Origin: Cyanophora paradoxa CCMP329
Taxonomy: Eukaryota > Plantae > Glaucophyta
Direction of reading: 5' to 3'
Assembly (NCBI GenBank): GCA_004431415.1
Contig: QPMI01000402.1
Coordinates: 119,735 to 183,734, forward strand
Length of the DNA: 64,000 nt
Position numbers and translations under genes: made by a program. Positions within the stretch are counted from its first letter, which is position 1, and every line of letters starts with the position of its first letter. The notes under the pieces are model-generated. The model saw only the letters and a list, made by a program, of their open reading frames with translations. It did no database searches and was not told the DNA's origin. Of this stretch, positions 1 through 12,000 are shown one piece after another.

Positions 1-3000
1 CGTCCATCCTCGTCTCCGGCCTGGCGTGGACCCTCACGCCCGGCCTCTTCAGCACGCCCTCCTACCCGAACCTCACCGTCGCCTGCACGTGGAACGGCGA
101 GACGCGGACGGCCGTGCTACAGGGCATCCCCGACGTGGCCACGTCAGCGCAAGCGATCAACGTCACGGGCTTCACGCCGAGCACGTCGTCGCACCCCGTG
201 AGCTGCAGCGCGACTCTGTACTACTCGACGGGCGGGCCCGCCACGGGTGCCGCGTCAACCATGTCGACGGCCGGTGCGCGTGCCGCGGGCTGACGCGCTC
301 GTGGAATACGCGCTGACGGCTGCGTGCAGCAATGTACTGCGTGGCGAGCAACGTCACGATGGCGTGCCCTGGCCTGACGGGCCTGGCCATCAACACGACC
401 CTCATCCCATCGTCGACCTCGTGGCACACGACCTCGTACGAGTGCATCCCGCCGGCTTTCAAGACCGTCAGCGTGTCCTGCACGGGGCCCAGGGCGGGCT
501 CGGCGACGTACCAGCAGAACAGCACGGCGGGCGCTGTCGCGTCGAACGAGCCGTCGGCGTTCGTGGGTGTGGCCGTGCCGCCACTGGCAGGGAGCGTGGC
601 GTACCAGTGTCGGTCTACGCTGCACTACGTTGGCACGGAGTACAACGCAACTAAAGCGATTGTGGAGCAGCAATCGCCGACTACCTGCGTGGTTCCCGCA
701 GGTTAGCGCTCACTTGCTTGCACTAGCGTTCAATTTCACAGAAATGCTGACGTGCGATGCCGCGCCCTTCCGCACAGCTCGCGCCCGGTTGGTGGCCGAG
801 GACGCTCTAGCCTTCTCAATCATTCCGATCTCGACAACGGCCGTGTCCACATCTTCCATCACGTGGGCGCTCACAAAGCAGGGCGCCATCGACACGCCCG
901 TCTATGGCAAGCTCGAGGTGACCTGCGCAGGGCTCTCCTCCAACGCGTCAGCCGCTATCCTTTCCATTCCGGCGGCGTCCGCATCTGCTGCGCCCGTCAA
1001 CGTGACCGGTCTCCCCGAGAGCTGGAAGGCCTACCGCATCTACTGCACTGCCGTCCTCGCCTACGGCGAGAACCGGACGGCCTCTGGCATCGCCTCGGCG
1101 CTGTCACTGCCCAACGCCACCTTGAAGGACGCATCCAACGGCCAGGCGCTTCCGACGTACACCGCCACGCCCACGCCCAGCCCCAACGCGAATGCGTCGG
1201 CCCCTTCGACAGCCTCCTCCACCATCAGGATCGGCAACCAAACCTACGAGGTGTCGGCTGACGGGAGCAGCGAGAACGCAATCGTGATCAGCATGCAGGA
1301 GCCCGTCGTTCAGATTCCGCAGAACGTGCGGCGCTCCTTGCTTTGCTCTAATTTGCACATCCGAGCTTTGCCCGCAAATCAGACTGACCCCCGGCCTGGC
1401 AGGCGAGCGACGAACTCGTGAGCATCTCTTTGGAAGGACTTGTGGTGCGATATCGATGCGCTCCGCACGTCTGTCGCTATTGCTGCGCCCAGCTCCACTG
1501 ACTACAACGTATGGCACGTGACGCAGACCGCGCGGAGCGGAGAGAACGAGGAGTCCGATGCCGGCGACGTCGAGGTCTACCTGCTGAGCGGGGAGGGCGC
1601 ACTCTCGGACAGCGAGGCGATTATGCTCGACGCCAGGATGCAGAACAACGAAGTCCAATTCCGTGCGCGAATTCCCGCACGCGAGCTGAGCTGTGAGCAT
1701 TACACCCAAAAATTACCCCAATATAATTTGCCCCTTCAAGCAATATCCGCATGATTCCCAGTAACCCAATCCCCAATCTCAGTAAATCTCAGTAAGCCTC
1801 AGTCACAATCTATTTTATTTAATCGAAGTTATATGCATTACACCCAAAAATTACCCCAATATAATTTGCCCCTTCAAGCAATATCCGCATGATTCCCAGT
1901 AACCCAATCCCCAATCTCAGTAAATCTCAGTAAGCCTCAGTCACAATCTATTTTATTTAATCGAAGTTATATGCATTACACCCAAAAATTACCCCAATAT
2001 AATTTGCCCCTTCAAGCAATATCCGCATGATTCCCAGTAACCCAATCCCCAATCTCAGTAAATCTCAGTAAGCCTCAGTCACAATCTATTTTATTTAATC
2101 GAAGTTATATGCATTACACCCAAAAATTACCCCAATATAATTTGCCCCTTCAAGCAATATCCGCATGATTCCCAGTAACCCAATCCCCAATCTCAGTAAA
2201 TCTCAGTAAGCCTCAGTCACAATCTATTTTATTTAATCGAAGTTATATCTAAAATCTAATCAATCGAAGTTATATGCATTACACCCAACTACCTTTTAGT
2301 TAATCCGCTTCTTAATTGATACCTTTTTCTAACAACTTTGCTGCGATTTGGTTTGATTCCCTCTTTTGCAACTTTTCGATTCACTGTGTTTGTTTTCTTT
2401 ACAGCTTGAATCCTCATTTGCTGTGGAATTTTCATTATCTCATCTCGTTTCACTTTCTGTAACTCTTGTTGCTTAAAACGTCTCTTTAATTCCTCTGCAT
2501 CATCTCCATTATCTTCAAGCACCTTGAATCGATTAGCATCTTTCCCAGCTACTTTGTAAATCTTCTGACTGAACCTGGGGCCTTCCTTTGAGAATGCACC
2601 TCTCTCCTCTAAAACTCTTACAGTATCTCCTGGTTTGATTTTATCGGGTTGATTCTCTTTAACATCCATGTTATGCTTGGTGGTTTTTAGGAAAATAAAC
2701 ATTTGCTTCTGTGGACTTGCAAACACTTGGTTTGGGGAATCATTGTTCAGTGATGAATGAGGCGAGTTATTGTAAGCCTTTAGCACATCTGGGATTAATT
2801 CGACCCACTTCGAAGTATTCCTCGAGACCATGAGTTTGTTCATGTATTGTTTGAAGGTTCGAGTGAATCGATCGATTATCCCAAGTTTATTCCCAGCAGA
2901 AATGTGATCTTCTTTCGCAACATCTGTATACAATTCGACACCATTTTCACTGCACCAAGTTCGATAAACCGCACTGGAAAACTCATTATCCCCTGCCAAT

Positions 3001-6000
3001 CCTACAACCTTACCTGCTTCGCCCTTGAATTTATTAAGTATTCCCGGAATCTCTTCGCTGGTCTTGAAAGCATACACAAATGCCTTTCTACTTAGAATGT
3101 CAATGAAACTAAGCGCTTTAATGTATCCATAATTTGCTGTCTTAAACTTTCTGAAAAACATGACATCAACCTGAAATGAGTATGGCTGGGCAACTATTCT
3201 TAAAAACGTAGTCTTTTTCCTAGGCTTCTTGAAAATTTGATGCAGTTCGGAATTCTTATACTTGTTTCTCAGTTCCGCCTCATCAAATTCCTTCCCTTCA
3301 CTAATGAGCTTCTGTTTGTATTTTTGTATGATAGAATATTCTCCATTACTGGGCTGAACAGTTACACCTACAATGTGACAAGAAACAGTTTCGAGAAATG
3401 TGAGCGATAGCATTGTTCTCCCGATCAACAGTGGCTTCTTCGAAATCCATAATATCAAAGCACCTTCTGCATCGCCCCAATTGCTTCCCATACTGCTTTT
3501 TGAACCAGTCCCAATCAACATACTCTGCCAAGGAGAACTCCCGATTGGCTTGTTTGTCTTGGGATTTGTAGGAATCGATTTTCTGAGCTTGATCCTCCTT
3601 CGTTTTCACCATTGTGGCTGCCTCGGATTTATCAACGAAAATCACAGTATCCGAGAGATTCTGGGTTCGAGTTGCTGCAACATAGAACCACTCAGCAGTA
3701 ACATATGGGGACCCAGTCTCGTGAATTACAACACGAGAATCCCTGATTGTGTCACCCTGAATGATGTGACAGGTGAAAGCATGGGTCAATGCGAAATACT
3801 TGATATCTTCGCTTTTTAGAGTATGCACTTCACCCGAATCAATGTCTTTGAGAGTGAGAATTTCCTTGGCTTTGTATTCGACCACTTCGTAAACAAAGCC
3901 CCGCTGAATGATGCCCTCACTTGTTGTCATTCGCACCTTTGCAATCAGCTCCACACCTGTCTTATATACAGGATCCTCTCCATGAATCATTTTATGCATT
4001 TTGTTGTTCACCTCTGCACACTTGCGGTTTGAATTGCATACTGAGATATCACCCTTCTCCAATGTATCAACTACTTTCAAGCCCAATCGTCTGGCAGCAA
4101 TAGAAACTGGTAGTTCAGTCCTGAATAAGTCCTCCCATAACTGGTCTAATTTCTTCTGATCTGCAGCCAGTTTATGACGCTTTCCAACCTGCAGGTAAAC
4201 CTCGTTCTTGAAAAGTCTATCGAAGATCTTGTTGTAGTAATCTCGTTGATTGACTGTTATGAATTGGATGGGTGGGTTCTGGTAGGGGTCGCCTGTTGCG
4301 ATGTAGAGTTTGTCTGGGAACTGCACAGTCATCACATCGCACAGAGATTCCAATTCCCTAATCTCAAACTGGTAGATCTCATCAATAACAAAGCAATCGT
4401 ACTTAGATAATTCCGAAACCTTCTTCCCAACATTTCCCTTCATTCTCTCATCATCAACATTCAAATTCAAGGCTCGATAAATAGTCATCACCTCAGGAGC
4501 ATCCTGCCCCACTCTGCTTTTAGTTCCATTCGCAAATCCTTGCATCTCTTATTAGTAGGCGCAACGAACAAGCATTTCTTACCATACTTCTTGGCCATTG
4601 CCTTTGCCAAAGTAGTCTTACCAGTTCCCGGTTTCACTCCTTTAATCAGCACATTACCTTGCCCATCCAAAGCATTTACGATTGCTGGGAGGTCATACTC
4701 ATCCTGGAACTTGTGAACCTTGTGAACAATCTTTTCAACATTGATGAAAGGTTTGGAACGAGTTTTGAGTCGATCAAATGTGATCATGTGGCTCTTTGGT
4801 TTTTTGGAAGTCCTCTTACTGTGGGTTATCGAGTTCATGTTTGCTGGCTTCACATCAAACTTTCCAGTGTTCTCGAATAGGTTTCGGTCAAACTGCTCGA
4901 ATGGATATGGTCTATCGATTGTCAGCTCATCGGTCTTGATTGCAAGGACTCCCACTCCCTCAGAGAGCAATTTCTTGCATAGGCGATACATGATGCCTCG
5001 CATGGTGGAGTAAATCACGCACTGCATTGGCAGGAAACCATCAATGAAAGCCCGTTCTTGTTCTTCCTGGTTCACATACCAAATCATGGGCGATTTAATG
5101 TCCTTCTCATTCTTAACTGATGTGTGTGTTGGCTTCTCTTGATCGAAACTTATAAACTTCAGGGTCCCTCCATTCTCTTCAATGAAATTCAGAGCATCAT
5201 TTTTATTGAAAAAGGTGTAGGTGGTTGCTTTTCGCTGGGACTTCTTACCAAATAGACCAATGTGATGGTTGGCAATGTCTTTCTTCTCCTTGGTCGAAAG
5301 CTGACTTGCATACAACTGCTTGAAAGCCTGCAAGGTGACATTCTCGGCAATCCGATAAGGTCTTAGAACTGCCTCAATGCTGATGTCATCCTTAATATCC
5401 TCGTAAAACTCTTTCAAAACCTCACCATACATCAGGTTATACTTTGAATCGACGAGAATCCTCTTGTATTGATTCAAGGTATTCGCCTCACCATAATTTC
5501 TGAATGCTTTGAAGTGTTTGGCTTTCACTTTCACGGAATAGAACGAATTGTCTTCGATGTCCGAGCTGCAAGACACTTTGACTTTTTCGAATCTATCAAA
5601 TGAACTGAAAACTGGAAACACCTTAAGCACTTTCGAAACGATGTGTGTGTATGCTTTGGAAATGTCGAGCTTGTGAGTATCAATGGATCCATAGGCAATG
5701 TTCTCTACCATTGTTCGGACCTCAGAGGCAGATCCAAAGAACCCAGTCAATGCACTCTGTTGCCCTTTAGTAAATGCTGCATATGTTTCTGGATTATATT
5801 TGCTCTTGTAGGGTTTGTTGATAAGCGCCCTATACATCATCTGACTCATCTCATCAAACAACTTGCGATGCGCATCATCTGCAAGGTTCACATCAATATT
5901 TTCCATATCCACCATGTTGCCTGGTGGAAGGATAATTACATCTTTATCCTCTATTGTGTAGTGAATGTAGGTTATTGTTCCCTCATCAGTAATGGAAGTG

Positions 6001-9000
6001 TGAACCTCGTGATTAGCCTTTCGGAAGCTTCCCAACAACTCAAGTAGTGGCTTGTTGTATGTGATCTTAATTTTTCAGAACTACTATCTTTCTCTCTGGC
6101 AATGATCTTGATGATATCCTCCTCGCTGTAAGCAAAGAAGCTGTTATCGTTGAACTGTGTTTTGATCTTGTATTTCATGGCTGCTGAACCCATACTCTTC
6201 TTGGTTTCACGGGCGCCAGTTCCATTGAAAGAACGAACCAGTTTACTGAGATCCTTATTTAATACATAAACGTGGTCGTTTGCAATCTGCACATAAACAC
6301 TTGCGGGAACTAAGTGAGAGTTGGTTCGATTCGGTTTGAAGGAAAGAGTATGAATAACCTTGTCATCCTTTCCAATTGCAATGAACCTGATGCGCCACTT
6401 TTTCAAGAAAGGAAGAAGCTCATCAAAACTCACTCCCCAATCGGAATCAGGCTTAGGTTCATATCCCTTGATCTGAGCAAAGAGCCAGTCTTTGGAGTAG
6501 TTGACCTTCTTATACTTCTTGATGCTGCGGGCATACTCAAACCCTTTGCATAGAACCTGATGTAATGCTTCGATTAAACAATCTTTGATGGTAAGTGAAT
6601 CATCGGGACATATTTGGTCCATCACACACTTAGCCTGACCATTGAGGGTGTATTTCACGAAACGAGAAACGATTTTTGGAGCCTGCCCATCTCGCAGAAC
6701 TCGTTCATTCAAAGGGTATACTGTTTTGTTATCGCTGACAATAATCTCCTCGATTGTCATCACCTCTGGATACTTGATGTCTGATCCATTGGGCGCATCA
6801 TTCGTGAAAACCTTAACGAATTGATAGTCTCGATTGCGAGGGTTGCTTTGCCCAATAGAAATCAGGAAGGAAGCAATCTCGTTCAGAGTCCACAATGCAA
6901 GGAAGTTATTAAAGTCCTCTTGCACCTGTTCAAGCAATCTCACCAGCACTTGCTTGGGGCAGGAAAGCATCAATGCGCGTTTTCCGGATTTTTGTGTTTC
7001 AATGTAAGGTGTGTCTTCGTGGATAACAACATCGTAGTTGTTTGGGAGGTTATTGAAGTCTTCAGGAATTCGGTAAAACCTCACACGAAGCGAGACTGTA
7101 TCGCCATCCTGGGCCTCAATATCCCTTATGATTCTCCTTACCAGCGCTTTGAACTGCTTACTTTGCTGCTTTTCCACATTCTTCTGGGAACGAGCGGAAC
7201 GTTTAGCCTTCTTATTCTGCTTGCGATCAAAGCGCTTCCGCTCCTTTGCTTCGGCTGCTTTCTTGTTCTGCTTCTCAACATTCTTAGCGGCTCTCTCAGC
7301 CCTCTTCTCCTTCTTCTCTTGCTTGCGATACAAACGAGGCTCTACGATACCTCTCAGTGTATCTCTGATATCAATCAACTTTGGAATTCTAATTGCTTTG
7401 AAAGTAAATTCTCTCAAGAAATAGATATCCTGCTCTCGGGTCAATTTGTCTTCTACTTTTGCTTGCATGTAGTAACCAAGAATCTCATCCTGCAAATTCT
7501 TCGAAATCCGATTACTTGGTCGAGGCATTTTCACTTTTATATATACTCTATATTTTATTTCCTTAAGTCATTTTATACTCGCGTCAAATTTTACCGGCAA
7601 AACCAAAAGTCTCCAACAAAATAAATTCAGTCGAGGGCATTTATAAAAATAACAAAGGGTTGGCTCGATCATCGAACTCTAAAAATAACAGAAAGATTTA
7701 TAGTTTTGCTTCCAGCGCAGTTTCCGCGGGTTCTCAGAGCAATCGCGCTGAGAAAAACGATTAACAAGCATTAACATACTTTGATGGACGTCCGCGGTTG
7801 GTACGAGGAACGTCAAATAGATACTTTACATAGAGAATGGTGTTATTTACATATTGAGCCTTGCATGAAGTCATTATGTGAGCTTGTCTGAATTCTTCAT
7901 CATTGTTGTAGAGTTCGTTCCATTTTGCATTGCGTTTCTCATTAATCCTAGCAAGCGCTAACATACCCTTTTCTGTTTTACGGTAGCGGTAAGTTGCTTT
8001 CTTTTGGGCTTCTGTGATCGTCATTCTTGTCCTTTCTACTCTCTTAATATATGTTAAGAAATCTTTAAGTAGTTTTTATGTCGTGTATATATTCTTTGTG
8101 AGAACCCAATCAATTTTTGGTCCCGATTGCAGAGCATCCAATTCTGAAAGAAGATGCTGGAAAAATGATAAAGCCACCGATACCCAGAAGGTTCACTTGT
8201 CGGCTGCAAGTTTCTACCACTGAACCCGATAGAACAGGTGATTAAAGTGATTTACCTATGGATATTTCACTTCGCTCTACAACGCCTCCATAAAAATGAA
8301 GAAGTTTTGAGCCTACGGGATAGGATTGGTTACGTAGCGCTAACAATATTCAAGATTTTTTAAATTCGGAAATGATCCTTAACGGCGATAACCGGGTCTA
8401 ATACCAAGCTTGGCAAACCCTGAGACCATTGGGGCAGCATTTGGAATCGAGTTGACTGGATCAGCCTGCGAAGTGGCAACCCGAAGGATCGATTTATTCA
8501 GGACCGGCAAATCCGTTTTGTTGGAGTCTTGATACTCAATGGTCTTCGCAATCAATTCAGTTGGTGAATCTTTTACGGCTTGCACAGGTTCAGGGATGAC
8601 TTCATGGGTTACCTCTGGTTTCTTCTCCACCTTCTCCTTTGTGATTGGCTGTTCCTTGATCTTGTTTTCGTTTTTGGTCTCTGCTGCAATGCCATCAACA
8701 AGACTCTTAGCATACTGGTATGTCACAGATTTCAGTCCACCAGTGGTTGATCGAATAAAGTAGCGGTTGCGATGGTCTTTCTCGGAATAGGTTGAGTAGA
8801 GTCGCTCACCACCATCAAGCAGTTTCAGCAGTGTCGATGATGAGGCAACCTTGTCCTTCGTGGATGATTTGAACTGCCCTTTCTTGATTCCTCGTTTGGC
8901 TCCAGGCATGCGGTTCAGTGGGACTTGGTCAACCAGGGCATTATCATCATTTGAGTTTGAAGTAAGCGCGATTGTGTGAGCATTCATGGTTTGGTGAACA

Positions 9001-12000
9001 TTTTTATCGAGATCACCAGTTCCATATGCAGCGGTTCCTTTTGATTTCTTAAACTGTTTCCGTTCTGGTTCTGCTTGCTCAACTGGTTTGGCTAAGAAAT
9101 TCTTTGGCTGGGTCTTTCGAGTTGCCATTTGTAATATCGAGACAAATTTATTCTACAGTATTTCCTATGACCGTGAGAACGGCAAGTAGAGTCCCTCCAA
9201 CTCTTTAATGACATTCTTCAATGCTTTCTTGGTCAGATCTTTATCATCTTCCGTAATGAGTTCGAGAGTCATCGACCAGTCAGTGGTAATATCCGTTTCA
9301 GCACCATTCCAGTATGTGAGACGAACTTTTAGCGTTTCCACTTCCACTAAACCATTTTGCTCATGCAGGATCATGGAATTATTCGATGAATCGTATTTTA
9401 GCAGACTGCCTACCGTTTGGTCAATCTCGATTTTTGCAAGGGCTTTATCATCGCTGGTGTTCTTGCTTACATAGTTGCCTTTGAGTGGGTCAACATGAAG
9501 AAGGATGTAAGAATTGAACAGAAGATCAAGCGGTATAACACTGTCAATGTAGTAATTATAAGTATAAGCTCCAACTGTTACAGGTGAATCGAGCAGGGCA
9601 GAAGCGTATCCATTTTCAGAACTGTCAGGTCTGCGATCTGGGAAACCAAGGAAGTTCGCTAAGATCCGACTTCCAAAGGTGAGGGTAAATGTTGCATCGC
9701 ACATGAACCGTAGAAACATGGTAACAGGATCATATGTAACGTAGAAATGGCGAGTATATGTAGTTCCCGCTGCTCCGTACACTTGTGAAGCTAGTTTGGC
9801 ATTTAGAAGATTCACCAAACTATCCGAAGTATATGTCCCTTTCGAAATAGTGTTACTCTTGGTCTTAATTACATCCCCAGCATCATAGGTTCCTGTAATC
9901 AAACTTCCATTCTCGCTAAGATTGTAAATGTTATTGAACATCTCAAAGTTAGTCACTCTGCAGGCTCTCACATTTTGGATTGCATGGGGAATTTTGTAAG
10001 TAAAGTTCGTTGGGGTTCCATCATCTCGGTCCCTGGAATCAATATTAAGGTAATGACGCGTCATTCTGTTTAATAAAGCATTTTAAAAATTTCTTTTGGT
10101 ATTTTAAACATAAGAGATGGCACTCACTGGAACTACCCTTAAGGAACTCCTCATTACTCCCGGTTCCGATCAAATTTATCTTTCCCCTGGTCTCCAAATC
10201 GGAACCAACCCCAAGTACAAACCATTCCTCGAGCAAGTTCGTCCCCGAGGCAATACTTTTGGCTTTAAGAATACCGCTTACTTCGATCTTCCTCGCAAAC
10301 AACTCCTTGCTGGTGTTTCGCTCTATTTCAAGATTGCCACTGGTGGTGGTGTAGCCTGCACCCTCCCCAATGGTGGTTCTTCCTTTATTAATGAGGTCCG
10401 CTTTGTTCATGGTGGTTTCAAGTATATCATCCCTGGTGACTGGATTACTGTTAACGCTCTGATTGATAATGATCATGCTACCATGAGCAGCATGTATGCT
10501 TCTCTTGGTTACTTCAAAGAACTTGATCGTGAAAGCACAGATGAGGCTATGGAATACATTGTTAAAATCCCCGCTGCTTTCTGGGATGATGCTTACTTCC
10601 CACTATGCACACTGGCGGATATGCCAACAATTGAGGTTGATTTCCGTGATGCTGGGATAGTCAAAGTTCCTGCTGGTGGATCTGTTACCTTTGCGGATTG
10701 CTCTCTGATCTGCCAATTCGTAAACATCGCTTCGGCTGAGGCTGAGACACTCCTAAAGATGGCGAACGAACAAGGTGGCATTCGCATTCCGATCACAGAG
10801 GTCATCCACAAGAAGACCCGAGCGCTTAAAACCGCTGATGCTGGTGAATCGGTCGAGGTTACACTTGCTAATGTTTCCGGTCTGGTTCATTCGATTCTCA
10901 TGACTGTTCGAGAGGTGAACAAACTCAACACCTACACTCATTCTGATTTCTGTGGTCATGTTTCGGATGTTAAAATCGATCAGTTCCAGATCTTCCACAA
11001 CAATCGCTCCCTTGATATCTCTAACAAACCCATTTCCGGTTTCCTCTCCGCTGTCAATCACATTCCCTCTCATTACAAGGGTGTTACTGTGGGCAATACC
11101 ACCTACGGATTCGAGTCTGGAAATGTTTATGGAATTGTTCTTTCCAAGTCCGGAAAAGATTCGCTCCACAATTCGGTTATGGGTTACCAGGATTTCTTCA
11201 ACAGCAGTTCGAGCTACATGGATCTCACTGTTTCGGGATGCACTGATGCAGCTCCTGTTCAGGTTGACATCTATGCCCTACGACACAATGTTATGGTCCT
11301 CAATGGCTACAACATCTCTACCCTGAAAGTCTCGAACTTTTAAAGTTCTTTTCTTTCGTTAGAGTAGGAAGCGCAAAATTAGTAGGTAAGGGGTTTATTT
11401 TGTTTTTTATCTTATTACTGTAATGGATAACACAGGAATGGATATTGATTTGAATGACATCCAGAGTTTGAGCCTGCAAGAACAGTTAAATTAAGCACGC
11501 GTTTTTTATTATGTGGGCGCAGCAATTCTGGTAAGACAACTTACTGCAAATATCTACTTTATGAACTGAGGGATAAGATCGATCAGATTGTAGTCTTTAG
11601 TTCTACTGCGTTTACTGGTCAATTCAGAGATATAACGCATCCTGATAATATCTATGAGGAATGGGACGATAATGTAGTAGTGAAACTCATTAGCATGCAA
11701 AAGAAACGAATTGAGAATAATGAGAAGCGTAATAATTTGGTTATAATCTTAGACGATATGATAGGTTCTTCTTTGGATATGCATAATTCAGCTGTCCTTT
11801 CTAAATTGATTACGACAGCCCGTCATTATTCGATTACAGTAATTATTAATACTCAACGTTTATGCTCTATTTCTACTACCATTCGTCGAAATGTTGAGTT
11901 CGTAGTATTTTTCAATATTCTTGGGAACGAAAAAGAGTTCAATTGCGCCTTTGATGAGTATAATGGGGGTCTCGATAAGAAGACTTACAAGGAACTTCAT

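Noticed and set aside
1818-1832. loxP-like half site (ATAACTTCG on the minus strand) in each TIR unit
   Set aside because: Only 9 bp of one arm match, there is no inverted partner around an 8-bp spacer, and the element encodes no tyrosine recombinase.
1698-2288. Regular repeat array resembling a CRISPR array
   Set aside because: Units are contiguous and identical with no unique spacers, there are no cas genes, and the array is mirrored at the other end as a TIR.
3347-3521. ORF-track N-terminal extension of the integrase
   Set aside because: It overlaps the HNH-coding end of the helicase in another frame. The TAATG-coupled ATG at 3346 is more plausible, although an in-frame upstream ATG cannot be fully excluded.
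6821-7624. 267-aa plus-strand ORF and other antisense ORFs in the virus
   Set aside because: Shadow frames of the Lys/Glu-rich polyprotein or MCP, without motifs.
7731-7754. Hairpin TTCTCAG...CTGAGAA downstream of the 87-aa gene as a mimivirus-type termination hairpin
   Set aside because: The stem is short, and no equivalent was found after the other viral genes.
8200-8362. LNPIEQV reading resembling the Tc1/IS630 transposase motif
   Set aside because: Short frame without start, other DDE motifs or TIRs; likely chance.
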